From assembly GCA_964383845.1 (NCBI GenBank), contig CAYLIF010000003.1, positions 34,894-98,893 on the forward strand: a stretch of 64,000 nt of DNA, in the 5' to 3' direction. Of the stretch, positions 1-8,226 are shown piece by piece. The notes beneath the pieces are model-generated. The model saw only the letters and a list, made by a program, of their open reading frames with translations. It made no database searches and had not been told where the DNA came from. This DNA is from an uncultured Oscillospiraceae bacterium (GTDB lineage: Bacteria; Bacillota; Clostridia; Peptostreptococcales; Anaerovoracaceae). The position numbers and the translations under genes were made by a program. Each line of letters begins with the position of its first letter. Position 1 is the stretch's first letter.

Positions 1-1290
1 TTTAGCTTTAGCCAGTAGATGGCCTATATTTAACATTCGTTTCGAAGGGCATACATAAGAACAGCAGCCGCAACCCATACAAAGTTGAACATTAAGCCTT
101 TTTAATTCTGCATAATCATTTTGTAAATAAGCTTTATTAATTAATGTAGGCATTAATTCCATGGGACATGCGCGAACGCATCTTCCACAGTTGATGCAAG
201 GGGACTCTTCATGAAGAAAGGCCTGTTTTTCATCAAAAGCCAAAATGGCATTATTATTCTTTATTAAAGGCTTTCCGTCGTTGTAAATTGCTCTTCCCAT
301 CATGGGTCCACCCATAATTAATTTAGCAGGTGGTGTTCTATAGCCCCCACAAAAATCAATGATATCAATAATTCTTGTTCCTAAAGGCACCATCAGATTT
401 TTAGGAGTAGTAACAGCATTACCATCTACTGTAATCCTTTTTTCTACCAAAGGCATACCTGTAGCCAGGAATTTACCGATAAAGCTAACAGTTGCCACAT
501 TAGATACTAAAACACCTATATCCGCGGGTAACTTTCCAGGAGGCAAAACTTTACCTGTAGCCTCGTGAATTACTACACGTTCTGCGCCTCTCGGATACAA
601 GGATTTCATTATAACTATGTGGATATGATAATTACCCTCAATAGCTTCATAAAGTCGTGCAATAGCTTCAGGTTTGTTATCCTCGATACCTATATAACAT
701 TCCTTTATGTCAAGCCATTTCATTACACCTTCAATCCCATCTATAATTGAATTGGTTTCTTCCACCATTGTTCGATAGTCTGAAGTAATAAAAGGTTCGC
801 ATTCCGCTCCATTTACAATAAGAGTATCCACCATCTCTATATTTCTAGGATTGTATTTAACACTTACAGGGAATGCTGCACCACCAAGACCAACAATTCC
901 ACTCTCTCTTATGGCTTTTACAAAATCGTCTCTATTTTCAATAATTGGAGGTTTAACTCCTTCCCATAAGCTTTGGCGCCCATCGGATTCGATAACCACA
1001 TGGCGATCCATAGTGCCCATAAGAGACATAATCTTCTCGATTCCCACTACCTTACCTGATACGCTTGCATGAATAGGAGCGCTTACAACCATATCAGTCT
1101 GTCCTACAGGTTGGCCTAAATCAACATGATCCCCAACTTTAACAATGGGTTCACATCTTGCCCCAATGTGTTGAACCATAGATAAATAAACTTTTTCAGG
1201 TAAAGGAAGTCTTTCTGTTACAAGGTTTTTCGTATTTTTATTATGCTCTACGTGTATACCCTTTAATTTTTTTTTCTTTAATAAACTCAA
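1..1290 (-). CDS. RnfC/PrdC-family electron-transfer subunit (SLBB domain plus two 4Fe-4S motifs); C-terminus cut by window edge
   Basis: Not in the ORF track because no stop lies in the window. Own translation from TTG at 1290 (GGAGG 7 nt upstream): LSLLKKKKLKGIHVEHNK...VQHIGARCEPIVKVGDHV...GIVGLGGAAFPVSVK...LIVNGAECEPFITSDYR...CINCGRCVRACP...CMGCGCCSYVCP. The frame stays open to position 1. Confidence 0.7.
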   Translation of the reverse strand, partial: MSLLKKKKLKGIHVEHNKNTKNLVTERLPLPEKVYLSMVQHIGARCEPIVKVGDHVDLGQPVGQTDMVVSAPIHASVSGKVVGIEKIMSLMGTMDRHVVIESDGRQSLWEGVKPPIIENRDDFVKAIRESGIVGLGGAAFPVSVKYNPRNIEMVDTLIVNGAECEPFITSDYRTMVEETNSIIDGIEGVMKWLDIKECYIGIEDNKPEAIARLYEAIEGNYHIHIVIMKSLYPRGAERVVIHEATGKVLPPGKLPADIGVLVSNVATVSFIGKFLATGMPLVEKRITVDGNAVTTPKNLMVPLGTRIIDIIDFCGGYRTPPAKLIMGGPMMGRAIYNDGKPLIKNNNAILAFDEKQAFLHEESPCINCGRCVRACPMELMPTLINKAYLQNDYAELKRLNVQLCMGCGCCSYVCPSKRMLNIGHLLAKAK

Positions 1291-1313
1291 TTTATCCCCT
1301 CCTTAAAGAAAAC

Positions 1314-1340
1314 AAGGAACAGTCTACGGGGCTGCTCCTT
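1314..1340 (-). terminator. Intrinsic terminator after thrS
   Basis: On the minus strand AGGAGCAG-loop-CTGTTCCT (8 bp, one G-U) followed by TGTTTTCTTT, about 35 nt after the thrS stop. Confidence 0.5.
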
Positions 1341-1375
1341 AGGAAATAATAAAACCACAACCATCGCGTATTAAA

Positions 1376-3121
1376 TTATAAATCCTTGTTTTCAATTTCG
1401 CCTTCTAATTTTGTGACAAAATCTAAAATCGATATTTCCCCTAGTTCACCTTCTTTTGATGATCGAAGAGTTAATTTATCGCCTTCAACTTCTCTCTCAC
1501 CAATAATACCAATATAATTAACCCTTTCATTACGGGCTTCCCTAAGCTTGTAGCCTATCTTTTCGTTACGTATATCAATTTGCACTCTGAATCCTTTTGC
1601 TTCTAATTTACTGGCCACACTTTTTGCATAATCTTCATATTTTTCAGTTACAGTAAGTAGTTTTACTTGAACTGGGGCAATCCACAAAGGAAATTTACCA
1701 GCAGTATGTTCTGTTAGGATGCCAATAAACCTTTCAATGGAACCAAAAATGACTCTGTGAATCATAATTGGTCGATGTTTCTCACCATCTGCTCCCGTAT
1801 ATGTAAGGTCAAAACGTTGTGGCATCTGAAAGTCTAGCTGAATTGTTCCACACTGCCAGGTTCTACCTATGGAGTCCTCTAAATGAAAGTCTAATTTGGG
1901 CCCATAAAAAGCACCGTCTCCCTCATTTATAACATAAGGAACTTTTGTTGCATCCATAGCATCTTTTAAAGCTTGCTCCGCTAAATCCCAGTCTTCATCA
2001 GACCCTAGGCTATCAGAAGGCCTTGTGGAAAGCTCTATGTGATATTTGAAGCCGAAAAGCTTATATACATAATCAATAAATTGGAATACACCTATTATTT
2101 CATCTTTAACCTGTTCGGGCATCATGAATAGATGTGCATCATCTTGGGTGAAAGTTCTTACTCTCATTAACCCGTGCAATGCGCCAGACAACTCATGACG
2201 ATGAACCTGCCCAAGTTCACAAATTCTCAATGGAAAATCTCTGTAAGAATACATTTTTCTTTTGTAAGACAACAATGCTCCAGGACAATTCATGGGTTTG
2301 ATGGCAAAATCCTTTTCATCAATTTTAGTGAAATACATATTGTCTTTATAGTGATCCCAATGCCCAGAAGTATGCCATAAGTCCTCAGAAAGTATAAGTG
2401 GAGTTTTAATTTCTTTGTATTTCCTTTTGGTATGTTCTTCTCTCCAAAAATTCTCCAGTTCATTTCGAATTATCATTCCATTAGGCATAAAGAATGGAAA
2501 ACCAGGGCCTTCTTCCATCATTACAAACAAATCCATTTCTTTGCCTATTTTTCGATGATCTCTTCTTTTTGCTTCCTCTAGCCTGTTAATGTACTCTTCC
2601 AGCTCATCTTGAGTAGGAAATGATGTACCGTAAACCCTTTGAAGCATTTTGTTTTTTTCATCTCCACGCCAGTAAGCTCCTGCAACGCTCATAAGTTTAA
2701 TTGCCTTAATTTGGCCTGTATGGTCTAAATGAGGTCCTGCGCAAAGGTCAGTAAAGTCTCCTTGTCGGTAAAAAGAAATAATCTCATCTTCAGGCAAATC
2801 ACTAATTAGCTCCGCCTTATATATTTCACCTTCATTTTCCATAAAATCAATAGCATCTTCCCTTGAAAGCTCAAATCGTTCCAAAGGATAGGCAGCATTA
2901 ATTATTCTTTTCATTTCTTTTTGAATTTTCGGGAAATCTTCTTCACTTAAACGATAATCTAAATCCAAATCATAATAGAAGCCATTATCAATGGCTGGAC
3001 CAATAGCCAACTTAACTTCAGGCCATAGGCGTTTAATCGCTTGAGCCATAACATGAGATGAGGTGTGCCTGTATTTTAATTTAAATTCTTCGTCTTGGAA
3101 ATTTAATTTTTCTTTTGCCAT
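1376..3121 (-). CDS. thrS: Threonine--tRNA ligase, short form lacking the N-terminal TGS domain
   Basis: 581-aa ORF with the HTSSHVMAQAIKRLWP editing-domain motif near the N-terminus, class II core motifs (FRDFPLRICELGQVHRHE, GLMRVRTFTQDDAH) and a C-terminal anticodon-binding domain. An in-frame TAG lies 6 codons before the ATG. Confidence 0.93.
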   Translation of the reverse strand: MAKEKLNFQDEEFKLKYRHTSSHVMAQAIKRLWPEVKLAIGPAIDNGFYYDLDLDYRLSEEDFPKIQKEMKRIINAAYPLERFELSREDAIDFMENEGEIYKAELISDLPEDEIISFYRQGDFTDLCAGPHLDHTGQIKAIKLMSVAGAYWRGDEKNKMLQRVYGTSFPTQDELEEYINRLEEAKRRDHRKIGKEMDLFVMMEEGPGFPFFMPNGMIIRNELENFWREEHTKRKYKEIKTPLILSEDLWHTSGHWDHYKDNMYFTKIDEKDFAIKPMNCPGALLSYKRKMYSYRDFPLRICELGQVHRHELSGALHGLMRVRTFTQDDAHLFMMPEQVKDEIIGVFQFIDYVYKLFGFKYHIELSTRPSDSLGSDEDWDLAEQALKDAMDATKVPYVINEGDGAFYGPKLDFHLEDSIGRTWQCGTIQLDFQMPQRFDLTYTGADGEKHRPIMIHRVIFGSIERFIGILTEHTAGKFPLWIAPVQVKLLTVTEKYEDYAKSVASKLEAKGFRVQIDIRNEKIGYKLREARNERVNYIGIIGEREVEGDKLTLRSSKEGELGEISILDFVTKLEGEIENKDL

Positions 3122-3218
3122 TTTTTCTCCTCGAAGCTATTTTATCATATCAATCATCAAATTCAATCCATTGAACTCCTGGATTGAAAAATATACAATA
3201 TACTTTTTTACTCCTTCA

Positions 3219-3246
3219 ATTATAGAGGAAAACTCCTCTTTGTCAA
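3219..3246 (-). promoter_or_regulatory. Sigma-A type promoter for thrS
   Basis: Minus strand TTGACA (3241-3246), 16 nt spacer, TATAAT (3219-3224), about 100 nt before the thrS ATG. Confidence 0.45.
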
Positions 3247-3290
3247 TGGCGACAGGAAAGTAACGCTATTCAGACTATTTTACAGATAAA

Positions 3291-3320
3291 GAATCACAGA
3301 GTTTTAAGACTCTGTGATTC
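3291..3320 (-). terminator. Intrinsic terminator after the preA-like gene
   Basis: Perfect 11-bp stem GAATCACAGAG/CTCTGTGATTC with an 8-nt loop, followed on the minus strand by TTTATCTG. A third copy of the arm (AACTCTGTGATT) lies at 3344-3355. Confidence 0.55.
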
Positions 3321-3364
3321 TCCTAGTATCGCTTTTAAGTTTGAACTCTGTGATTTGATTAGAA

Positions 3365-4639
3365 TTATTCGTAATGTTTCTTAACTATAACATTATCCTT
3401 CTTATCACCGAATTTTTTGATCTTATCATCAAGCCAAACAACTTCTCCTGCAGTTATACATTCTTGTACAGGACAAACATTCAAGCATAGGTGACAACCA
3501 ACGCATTTTTCTTCATCAAGAATAGGTCTACGTTTTTTCTCATCCCATTCAAATGCTTGATGAGCTCCGTCAAAGCATGATATGTAGCAACGACCACAAC
3601 CGATACATTTTTTATCATCGACGTGTGGTAATACTTTAAATGTTCTTCTGATCTGATCGGCAGGAATAATGTTAGGAAGAGCCAGACCAATAAAGTCATC
3701 CAAAGTATTATAGCCTCTTTCATCCATGAAGTGAGACATGCCAGATATCATATCTTCTACGATTCTATAACCATACTGCATTATAGCAGTGGTTACTTGA
3801 ACGTTACGGCAGCCTATCATAAGGAATTCAACTGCGTCTCTCCATGTTTCGATTCCACCAATTCCGGAAATAGGAATATCCTTAAGGGTTGGATCTTGTA
3901 ACATTTGAGTACAGAACCTTAAAGCTATCGGTTTTACTGCAGCTCCAGAATAACCGGAAATAGATGATTTACCATCTACAACTGGCATCGCTGTATTATT
4001 TTCGAAATCTATATTGGTTATAGATTTTATAGTATTTATAGCAGAAATTCCTTTTGCTCCACCTGCGATAGCTGCTGCTGCTGGAATCTCCATGTTAGTG
4101 ATATTAGGAGTCATCTTTGCAATAAATGGAATATTTGTTGCATTAGCAACTTCTCTTGAATATAGTTCAACTAATTCAGGATTAGTTCCAACGTCAGAAC
4201 CCATGGCACATGTTGTCATTTGAGGACAAGAGAAGTTTCCTTCAATTAGGTCTGCTTCTGCCTGTTCTGCAAGTTTAGCTAATTCGCCCCATTCTTTTTG
4301 ATTTTCACCCATAATGGAAGCAACCATGATTTTGTCTGGATACTTTCTCTTCAATTTTCTCATGGTCTCAAAGTTTTGTTCTGTAGGTTTGTCTGAGATC
4401 ATTTCCATGTTTTTAAAACCTACCCAAGGAAGTCCTTCTTTATTGGTTTGGTCAAATCTTGGAGAGCATTCATCAGGAATCCAAAAACCTACAGTTTTGT
4501 AAAATACTCCGCCCCAACCTTCCTCAAAACATTTTGCAACCATATCATAATCACTGCCTACAGGGGAAGATGATAGGAAAAATGGATTTTCACATTTAAC
4601 ACCAAGATATTCTATTGATAAATCTTTCTTAATGGCCAT
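3365..4639 (-). CDS. preA: Dihydropyrimidine dehydrogenase PreA-like subunit (DHOD-like TIM barrel plus C-terminal 2x[4Fe-4S])
   Basis: 424 aa. N-terminal [11 protein letters not shown] and [10 protein letters not shown] resemble the dihydroorotate-dehydrogenase fold. The C-terminus has [11 protein letters not shown] and [12 protein letters not shown] ferredoxin motifs. The gene follows preT with a 1-nt gap. Confidence 0.8.
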   Translation of the reverse strand: MAIKKDLSIEYLGVKCENPFFLSSSPVGSDYDMVAKCFEEGWGGVFYKTVGFWIPDECSPRFDQTNKEGLPWVGFKNMEMISDKPTEQNFETMRKLKRKYPDKIMVASIMGENQKEWGELAKLAEQAEADLIEGNFSCPQMTTCAMGSDVGTNPELVELYSREVANATNIPFIAKMTPNITNMEIPAAAAIAGGAKGISAINTIKSITNIDFENNTAMPVVDGKSSISGYSGAAVKPIALRFCTQMLQDPTLKDIPISGIGGIETWRDAVEFLMIGCRNVQVTTAIMQYGYRIVEDMISGMSHFMDERGYNTLDDFIGLALPNIIPADQIRRTFKVLPHVDDKKCIGCGRCYISCFDGAHQAFEWDEKKRRPILDEEKCVGCHLCLNVCPVQECITAGEVVWLDDKIKKFGDKKDNVIVKKHYE

Positions 4640-4640
4640 C

Positions 4641-5915
4641 CTATTTCACCCCTTTCTTTTCTAAATATTTGAGGATAGAAGCAGCGGCTTCTTTTCCCTC
4701 TGCAACAGCTTCTACAACAGTTTTTCCGTTATTTACAATATCTCCTGCTGCAAATACTTTTGCAACATTTGTTTTACCTGTTGATTTAGCTGCTATTCCA
4801 CCTTTTTCATTTAATTTTACCGCAGCAATTTCTTCTATATTGTAAGGCTTTTGTCCAATTGCAAATACGATAGTGTCACAGGCTATTTTTAAACCAGATT
4901 TCTGATCTCTGCCATTAAACATAGCATATTCAAGTTTTTTACCCTTACCTAACAGTTCTGCTGGAGCCATGTTGGTTGTAACTCCAATTCCCAAGGACAG
5001 AGCATAGTGCCACTCTGGCATATTAGAAGGAGCTTCTTCTAGAGTTCTTCGGTAAACAATTTTAACATCTTCCGCTCCTAATAATTTAGCTGAAACTGCA
5101 CAGTCAATTGCTACGTCTCCACCACCTACAACAACTACGGATTTTCCAGGATTAAAATCCTTCTTCTTAACAGAAGCTTCCTTAAGGAAATCAATGGCAT
5201 TGTATACTCCTTCAAGTTCTAACCCTTTAATATCAGGCATTCTAGATTCCCAAAGTCCAACACCTACAAATATGGCATCAAAATCCATTTCATCTAAATT
5301 AATATCTTTCCCAACCTCTGTATTCATAACAAACTTGACTCCAAGTTTTTTAACTTGGGCAATGTCATGGTCTACTACAGCTCTTGGTAATCTTGAAGGG
5401 GTGATTCCATAAGTCAGAACACCACCAGGTTTTTCATGTTTTTCAAATATTGTAACCCGGTATCCTTCTTTTGCTAATTCTGCCGCACAAGCTAGAGAAG
5501 CAGGGCCTGCACCAACACAAGCAATTTTTCCATTCTTTTTCTTAGCAGGTGCTTTTAATATATCCATCTTGTATGCTTTTTCTTGTTCAACAGCATATCT
5601 TTGAAGTAACCCAATTTTGATTGGTCTATCAATTCCTGTTCTAGAGCAAAATTCTTCGCACAAATTGTCATAAGGACAAACCCTTGCACAAGTTCCTCCT
5701 AAAATGTTGTTTTCACGAATAGTTTCTGCAGCACCTTTGGCATTTCTAAATCGAATAGATCGAATGAACTTCCCTGGGTCAGTACCTGCAGGACATCCTT
5801 CACTACACGGTGCGTCTAAGCACAAAAGGCACCTTGCAGCCTCTTCCATGGCTGTTCTGTGGGTGAACCCCGCAACAGCTTCGGCGGTGTATTTCGCCTT
5901 AACTACTTTACTCAC
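4641..5915 (-). CDS. preT: Dihydropyrimidine dehydrogenase PreT-like subunit (glutamate-synthase small-chain-like NAD(P)/FAD oxidoreductase)
   Basis: 424 aa. N-terminal Cys cluster ([20 protein letters not shown]), two Rossmann motifs ([28 protein letters not shown]). GTG start with GGAGGG 6 nt upstream. Confidence 0.75.
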   Translation of the reverse strand: MSKVVKAKYTAEAVAGFTHRTAMEEAARCLLCLDAPCSEGCPAGTDPGKFIRSIRFRNAKGAAETIRENNILGGTCARVCPYDNLCEEFCSRTGIDRPIKIGLLQRYAVEQEKAYKMDILKAPAKKKNGKIACVGAGPASLACAAELAKEGYRVTIFEKHEKPGGVLTYGITPSRLPRAVVDHDIAQVKKLGVKFVMNTEVGKDINLDEMDFDAIFVGVGLWESRMPDIKGLELEGVYNAIDFLKEASVKKKDFNPGKSVVVVGGGDVAIDCAVSAKLLGAEDVKIVYRRTLEEAPSNMPEWHYALSLGIGVTTNMAPAELLGKGKKLEYAMFNGRDQKSGLKIACDTIVFAIGQKPYNIEEIAAVKLNEKGGIAAKSTGKTNVAKVFAAGDIVNNGKTVVEAVAEGKEAAASILKYLEKKGVK

Positions 5916-6033
5916 GTTTTACCCTCCTTAACCTTCCTTGTTAGTTCCACCATCAATAATTGATGGGGCGATAATGGGGGAAGTCGCCTTCCCCCTTCTC
6001 TTATTTTCTTTATATATCTAAAAACAGATAGCT

Positions 6034-7302
6034 TTATCTAGCGTCTGCTTTAAGAACAGCGTTTAACATAACTGATGCACCAGCAGTACAATGCTCTGGA
6101 GTAGAGAATTCAGGTTCGCAATGTGATAGGCCATCCTTAGATTGAACAAAAATCATAGTGGTTGGCAACATGTAACTTGCAAACTGTGCATCATGGCCAG
6201 CTCCTGAATGAATAACCTGATGATTAAGTTCCAACTCTTCAGCTGATTCTTTAACAAAATCAAATAGTTCTTTATCAAAGTACACGGTATCTCTTTGCCA
6301 AGCCTCTTTGATAACACAAGGACATCCTGCCCATTTTCTTTGAGGCAAAGTCTTAAGAATATTTAATACCTTCTCTCTAACTTTAGGATCTTCATGTCTG
6401 CAATCAATTGAAAAGTCTATAAAATCAGGGATTACAGTATGAACACAGGGATGACAAACAATCTCTCCAGTTGTGTAAACCAACTCAGGTATTCCCAATT
6501 TATCAATTTCATCATGTAGATAAACTAAGGCTTGAGCAGCGCCGTATAAAGCGTCTTTTCTTTTGTCCATTGGGAAAGTTCCTGCATGAGCCGCTTGTCC
6601 ATAGAATCTAACTCTATAGTTAAACATACCTATTACGCAATCAACTACTCCAACTTCATTTCCCGCATCTTCTAATATTGGCCCCTGTTCGATATGCATT
6701 TCGAACATAGCTTCATATTTTTCGGGGCTAAGTCTATTTGATTCATCTCCAACGTATTCTTTTGGATATGCAGCTAAGGCTTCTCCAAAAGTAGTCTTTC
6801 CTTCCAAAACATCTTTAGATTTCATCATGTTTTCAGTTTTGAAATTCTTTGCTATAGCAGGAGGCAGGTATTTGTTGCAGACTATACCTGATACCATCAT
6901 TGCTGGTGGATATAAAGAACCTTCTTCATTTGTCCAAATCATAGCAGTAATAGGATGTTTATGAGGAATCTTGTTTTCAACTATTGTTTGAAGAACTTCC
7001 ATTGCTCCCATAACTCCAAGTATTCCATCGTAGTTTCCACCATTTCTAACAGAATCCACATGAGATGCCATAACAATCCTCTTTGCATTTGGATCTGAAC
7101 CTGGGATTGTTGCATATACATTGGCTAAATCATCAACTTCGATAATTGCGCCAATAGCTTCCATTCTCTTTTTGAATTCATCTCTAGCCATAGTAGCCTC
7201 AGGCGATAGAGAATATCGAGTAATTCCGCCATTTCCTGTTGCTCCGAATTTTGAAAAAGTATTAATAAGATAGTTCATTCTTTTTACACTACATTTTTCC
7301 AT
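6034..7302 (-). CDS. M20-family Zn amidohydrolase (N-carbamoyl-amino-acid / beta-ureidopropionase / allantoate amidohydrolase type)
   Basis: 422 aa. Motifs SHVDSVRNGGNYDG, WTNEEGS and SGAGHDA are typical of carbamoyl-amidohydrolases. It lies directly upstream of preT-preA on the same strand. Confidence 0.75.
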   Translation of the reverse strand: MEKCSVKRMNYLINTFSKFGATGNGGITRYSLSPEATMARDEFKKRMEAIGAIIEVDDLANVYATIPGSDPNAKRIVMASHVDSVRNGGNYDGILGVMGAMEVLQTIVENKIPHKHPITAMIWTNEEGSLYPPAMMVSGIVCNKYLPPAIAKNFKTENMMKSKDVLEGKTTFGEALAAYPKEYVGDESNRLSPEKYEAMFEMHIEQGPILEDAGNEVGVVDCVIGMFNYRVRFYGQAAHAGTFPMDKRKDALYGAAQALVYLHDEIDKLGIPELVYTTGEIVCHPCVHTVIPDFIDFSIDCRHEDPKVREKVLNILKTLPQRKWAGCPCVIKEAWQRDTVYFDKELFDFVKESAEELELNHQVIHSGAGHDAQFASYMLPTTMIFVQSKDGLSHCEPEFSTPEHCTAGASVMLNAVLKADAR

Positions 7303-7351
7303 ATTGGGGCCTCCTCGTATTTTTTACAACGACTTTCGTCTTAACAAATAT

Positions 7352-7390
7352 AATGAATTTAGTCAGAGCTATTCTCTGACTAAATTCATT
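7352..7390 (-). terminator. Long perfect hairpin (17-bp stem, 5-nt loop), probable ogt terminator
   Basis: AATGAATTTAGTCAGAG-CTATT-CTCTGACTAAATTCATT, followed on the minus strand by ATATTTGTT. It sits about 110 nt after the ogt stop. Confidence 0.4.
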
Positions 7391-7502
7391 ATCTCACTCA
7401 ACTGGCGACTTTTCAAGCTTAAATGCATTTATCAGAAAAAGTGAGCAAAATTGTTTTGGCCAATGTGCTCCATACCACAAGATTATGTTATGTATACAAG
7501 AA

Positions 7503-7988
7503 TCATAAGTATTTTGCCTCTAAAGCCAGTAAATATGCCTTAACATCTAGTCCTCCTCCATATCCAACTAGGCTTCCATTCTTTCCTATAACGCGATGAC
7601 AAGGAACAATAATTGAGATAGGATTGTTGTGATTTGCTCCACCTACAGCTCGCATGGAATTTTTATTCCCCACAATTGTGGCTACTTCTTGATATGATTT
7701 CGTTGTACCGTATGGAATTTCTTGAAGGGCCTGCCATACTTTTTGTTGAAAATTAGTTCCCTCTAAAGATATGGCTAAAGAGAATTCTCGCCTTTCACCA
7801 TTGAAATATTCTTCTAATTGTCTCTTAGCTTCATTTAAAGTAGGATTGCTATTCAGTGTTAACTCATTTTTTTGCGAATCTAAATCGCCAATAAAGTTCA
7901 ATGCGATAATGACCCCATTTTTTTCTTCTAATTCCCAATATCCCAGTTCACACTTTACATAAGCTTTTGCTTTCATGCTATTCCTCAT
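7503..7988 (-). CDS. ogt: Methylated-DNA--protein-cysteine methyltransferase
   Basis: 161 aa with the IIVPCHRVIG active-site motif and a helix-turn-helix region (YQEVATIVG). The true start may be the ATG at 7976, which has GAGGA 5 nt upstream. Confidence 0.85.
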   Translation of the reverse strand: MRNSMKAKAYVKCELGYWELEEKNGVIIALNFIGDLDSQKNELTLNSNPTLNEAKRQLEEYFNGERREFSLAISLEGTNFQQKVWQALQEIPYGTTKSYQEVATIVGNKNSMRAVGGANHNNPISIIVPCHRVIGKNGSLVGYGGGLDVKAYLLALEAKYL

Positions 7989-8078
7989 TCGATTTGGTTT
8001 TTTTTGCTAATTGATTAAATTATCTGACTATAAATACAGAGTTAAAAAAAAGATGCTACAAGAGCAAACTTTTTAATT

Positions 8079-8152
8079 TGGAGCGGGTGAGGAGAATCGA
8101 ACTCCCACCTTAGCCTTGGGAAGGCCACATTCTGCCATTGAACTACACCCGC
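8079..8152 (-). tRNA. tRNA-Gly, anticodon CCC, CCA encoded
   Basis: Minus strand GCGGGTG-TA-GTTC-AATGGCA-GAAT-G-TGGCC-TTCCCAA-GGCTA-AGGT-GGGAG-TTCGATT-CTCCT-CACCCGC-T-CCA. This is a full 74-nt cloverleaf folded by hand, with the U73 discriminator typical of tRNA-Gly. Confidence 0.9.
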
Positions 8153-8197
8153 ATAGCAAGTCTAGGTAGATGCCACGTCTGCCTAGACAACTTCTTT

Positions 8198-8226
8198 ATT
8201 ATACCATCAATAGCTTTTTCATCCAA
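8198..8226 (-). promoter_or_regulatory. Extended -10 promoter ahead of tRNA-Gly
   Basis: Minus strand TTGGAT (8221-8226, inside the argD 3' end), 17 nt spacer with TG, then TATAAT (8198-8203), i.e. TGGTATAAT. Confidence 0.35.

Noticed and set aside
3122-3290. Possible T-box riboswitch upstream of thrS
   Set aside because: The best promoter leaves only about 90 nt of leader. There is no T-box consensus, no specifier-loop-like stem I and no terminator/antiterminator pair. The only strong hairpin (3291-3320) lies upstream of the promoter and serves as the preA terminator.
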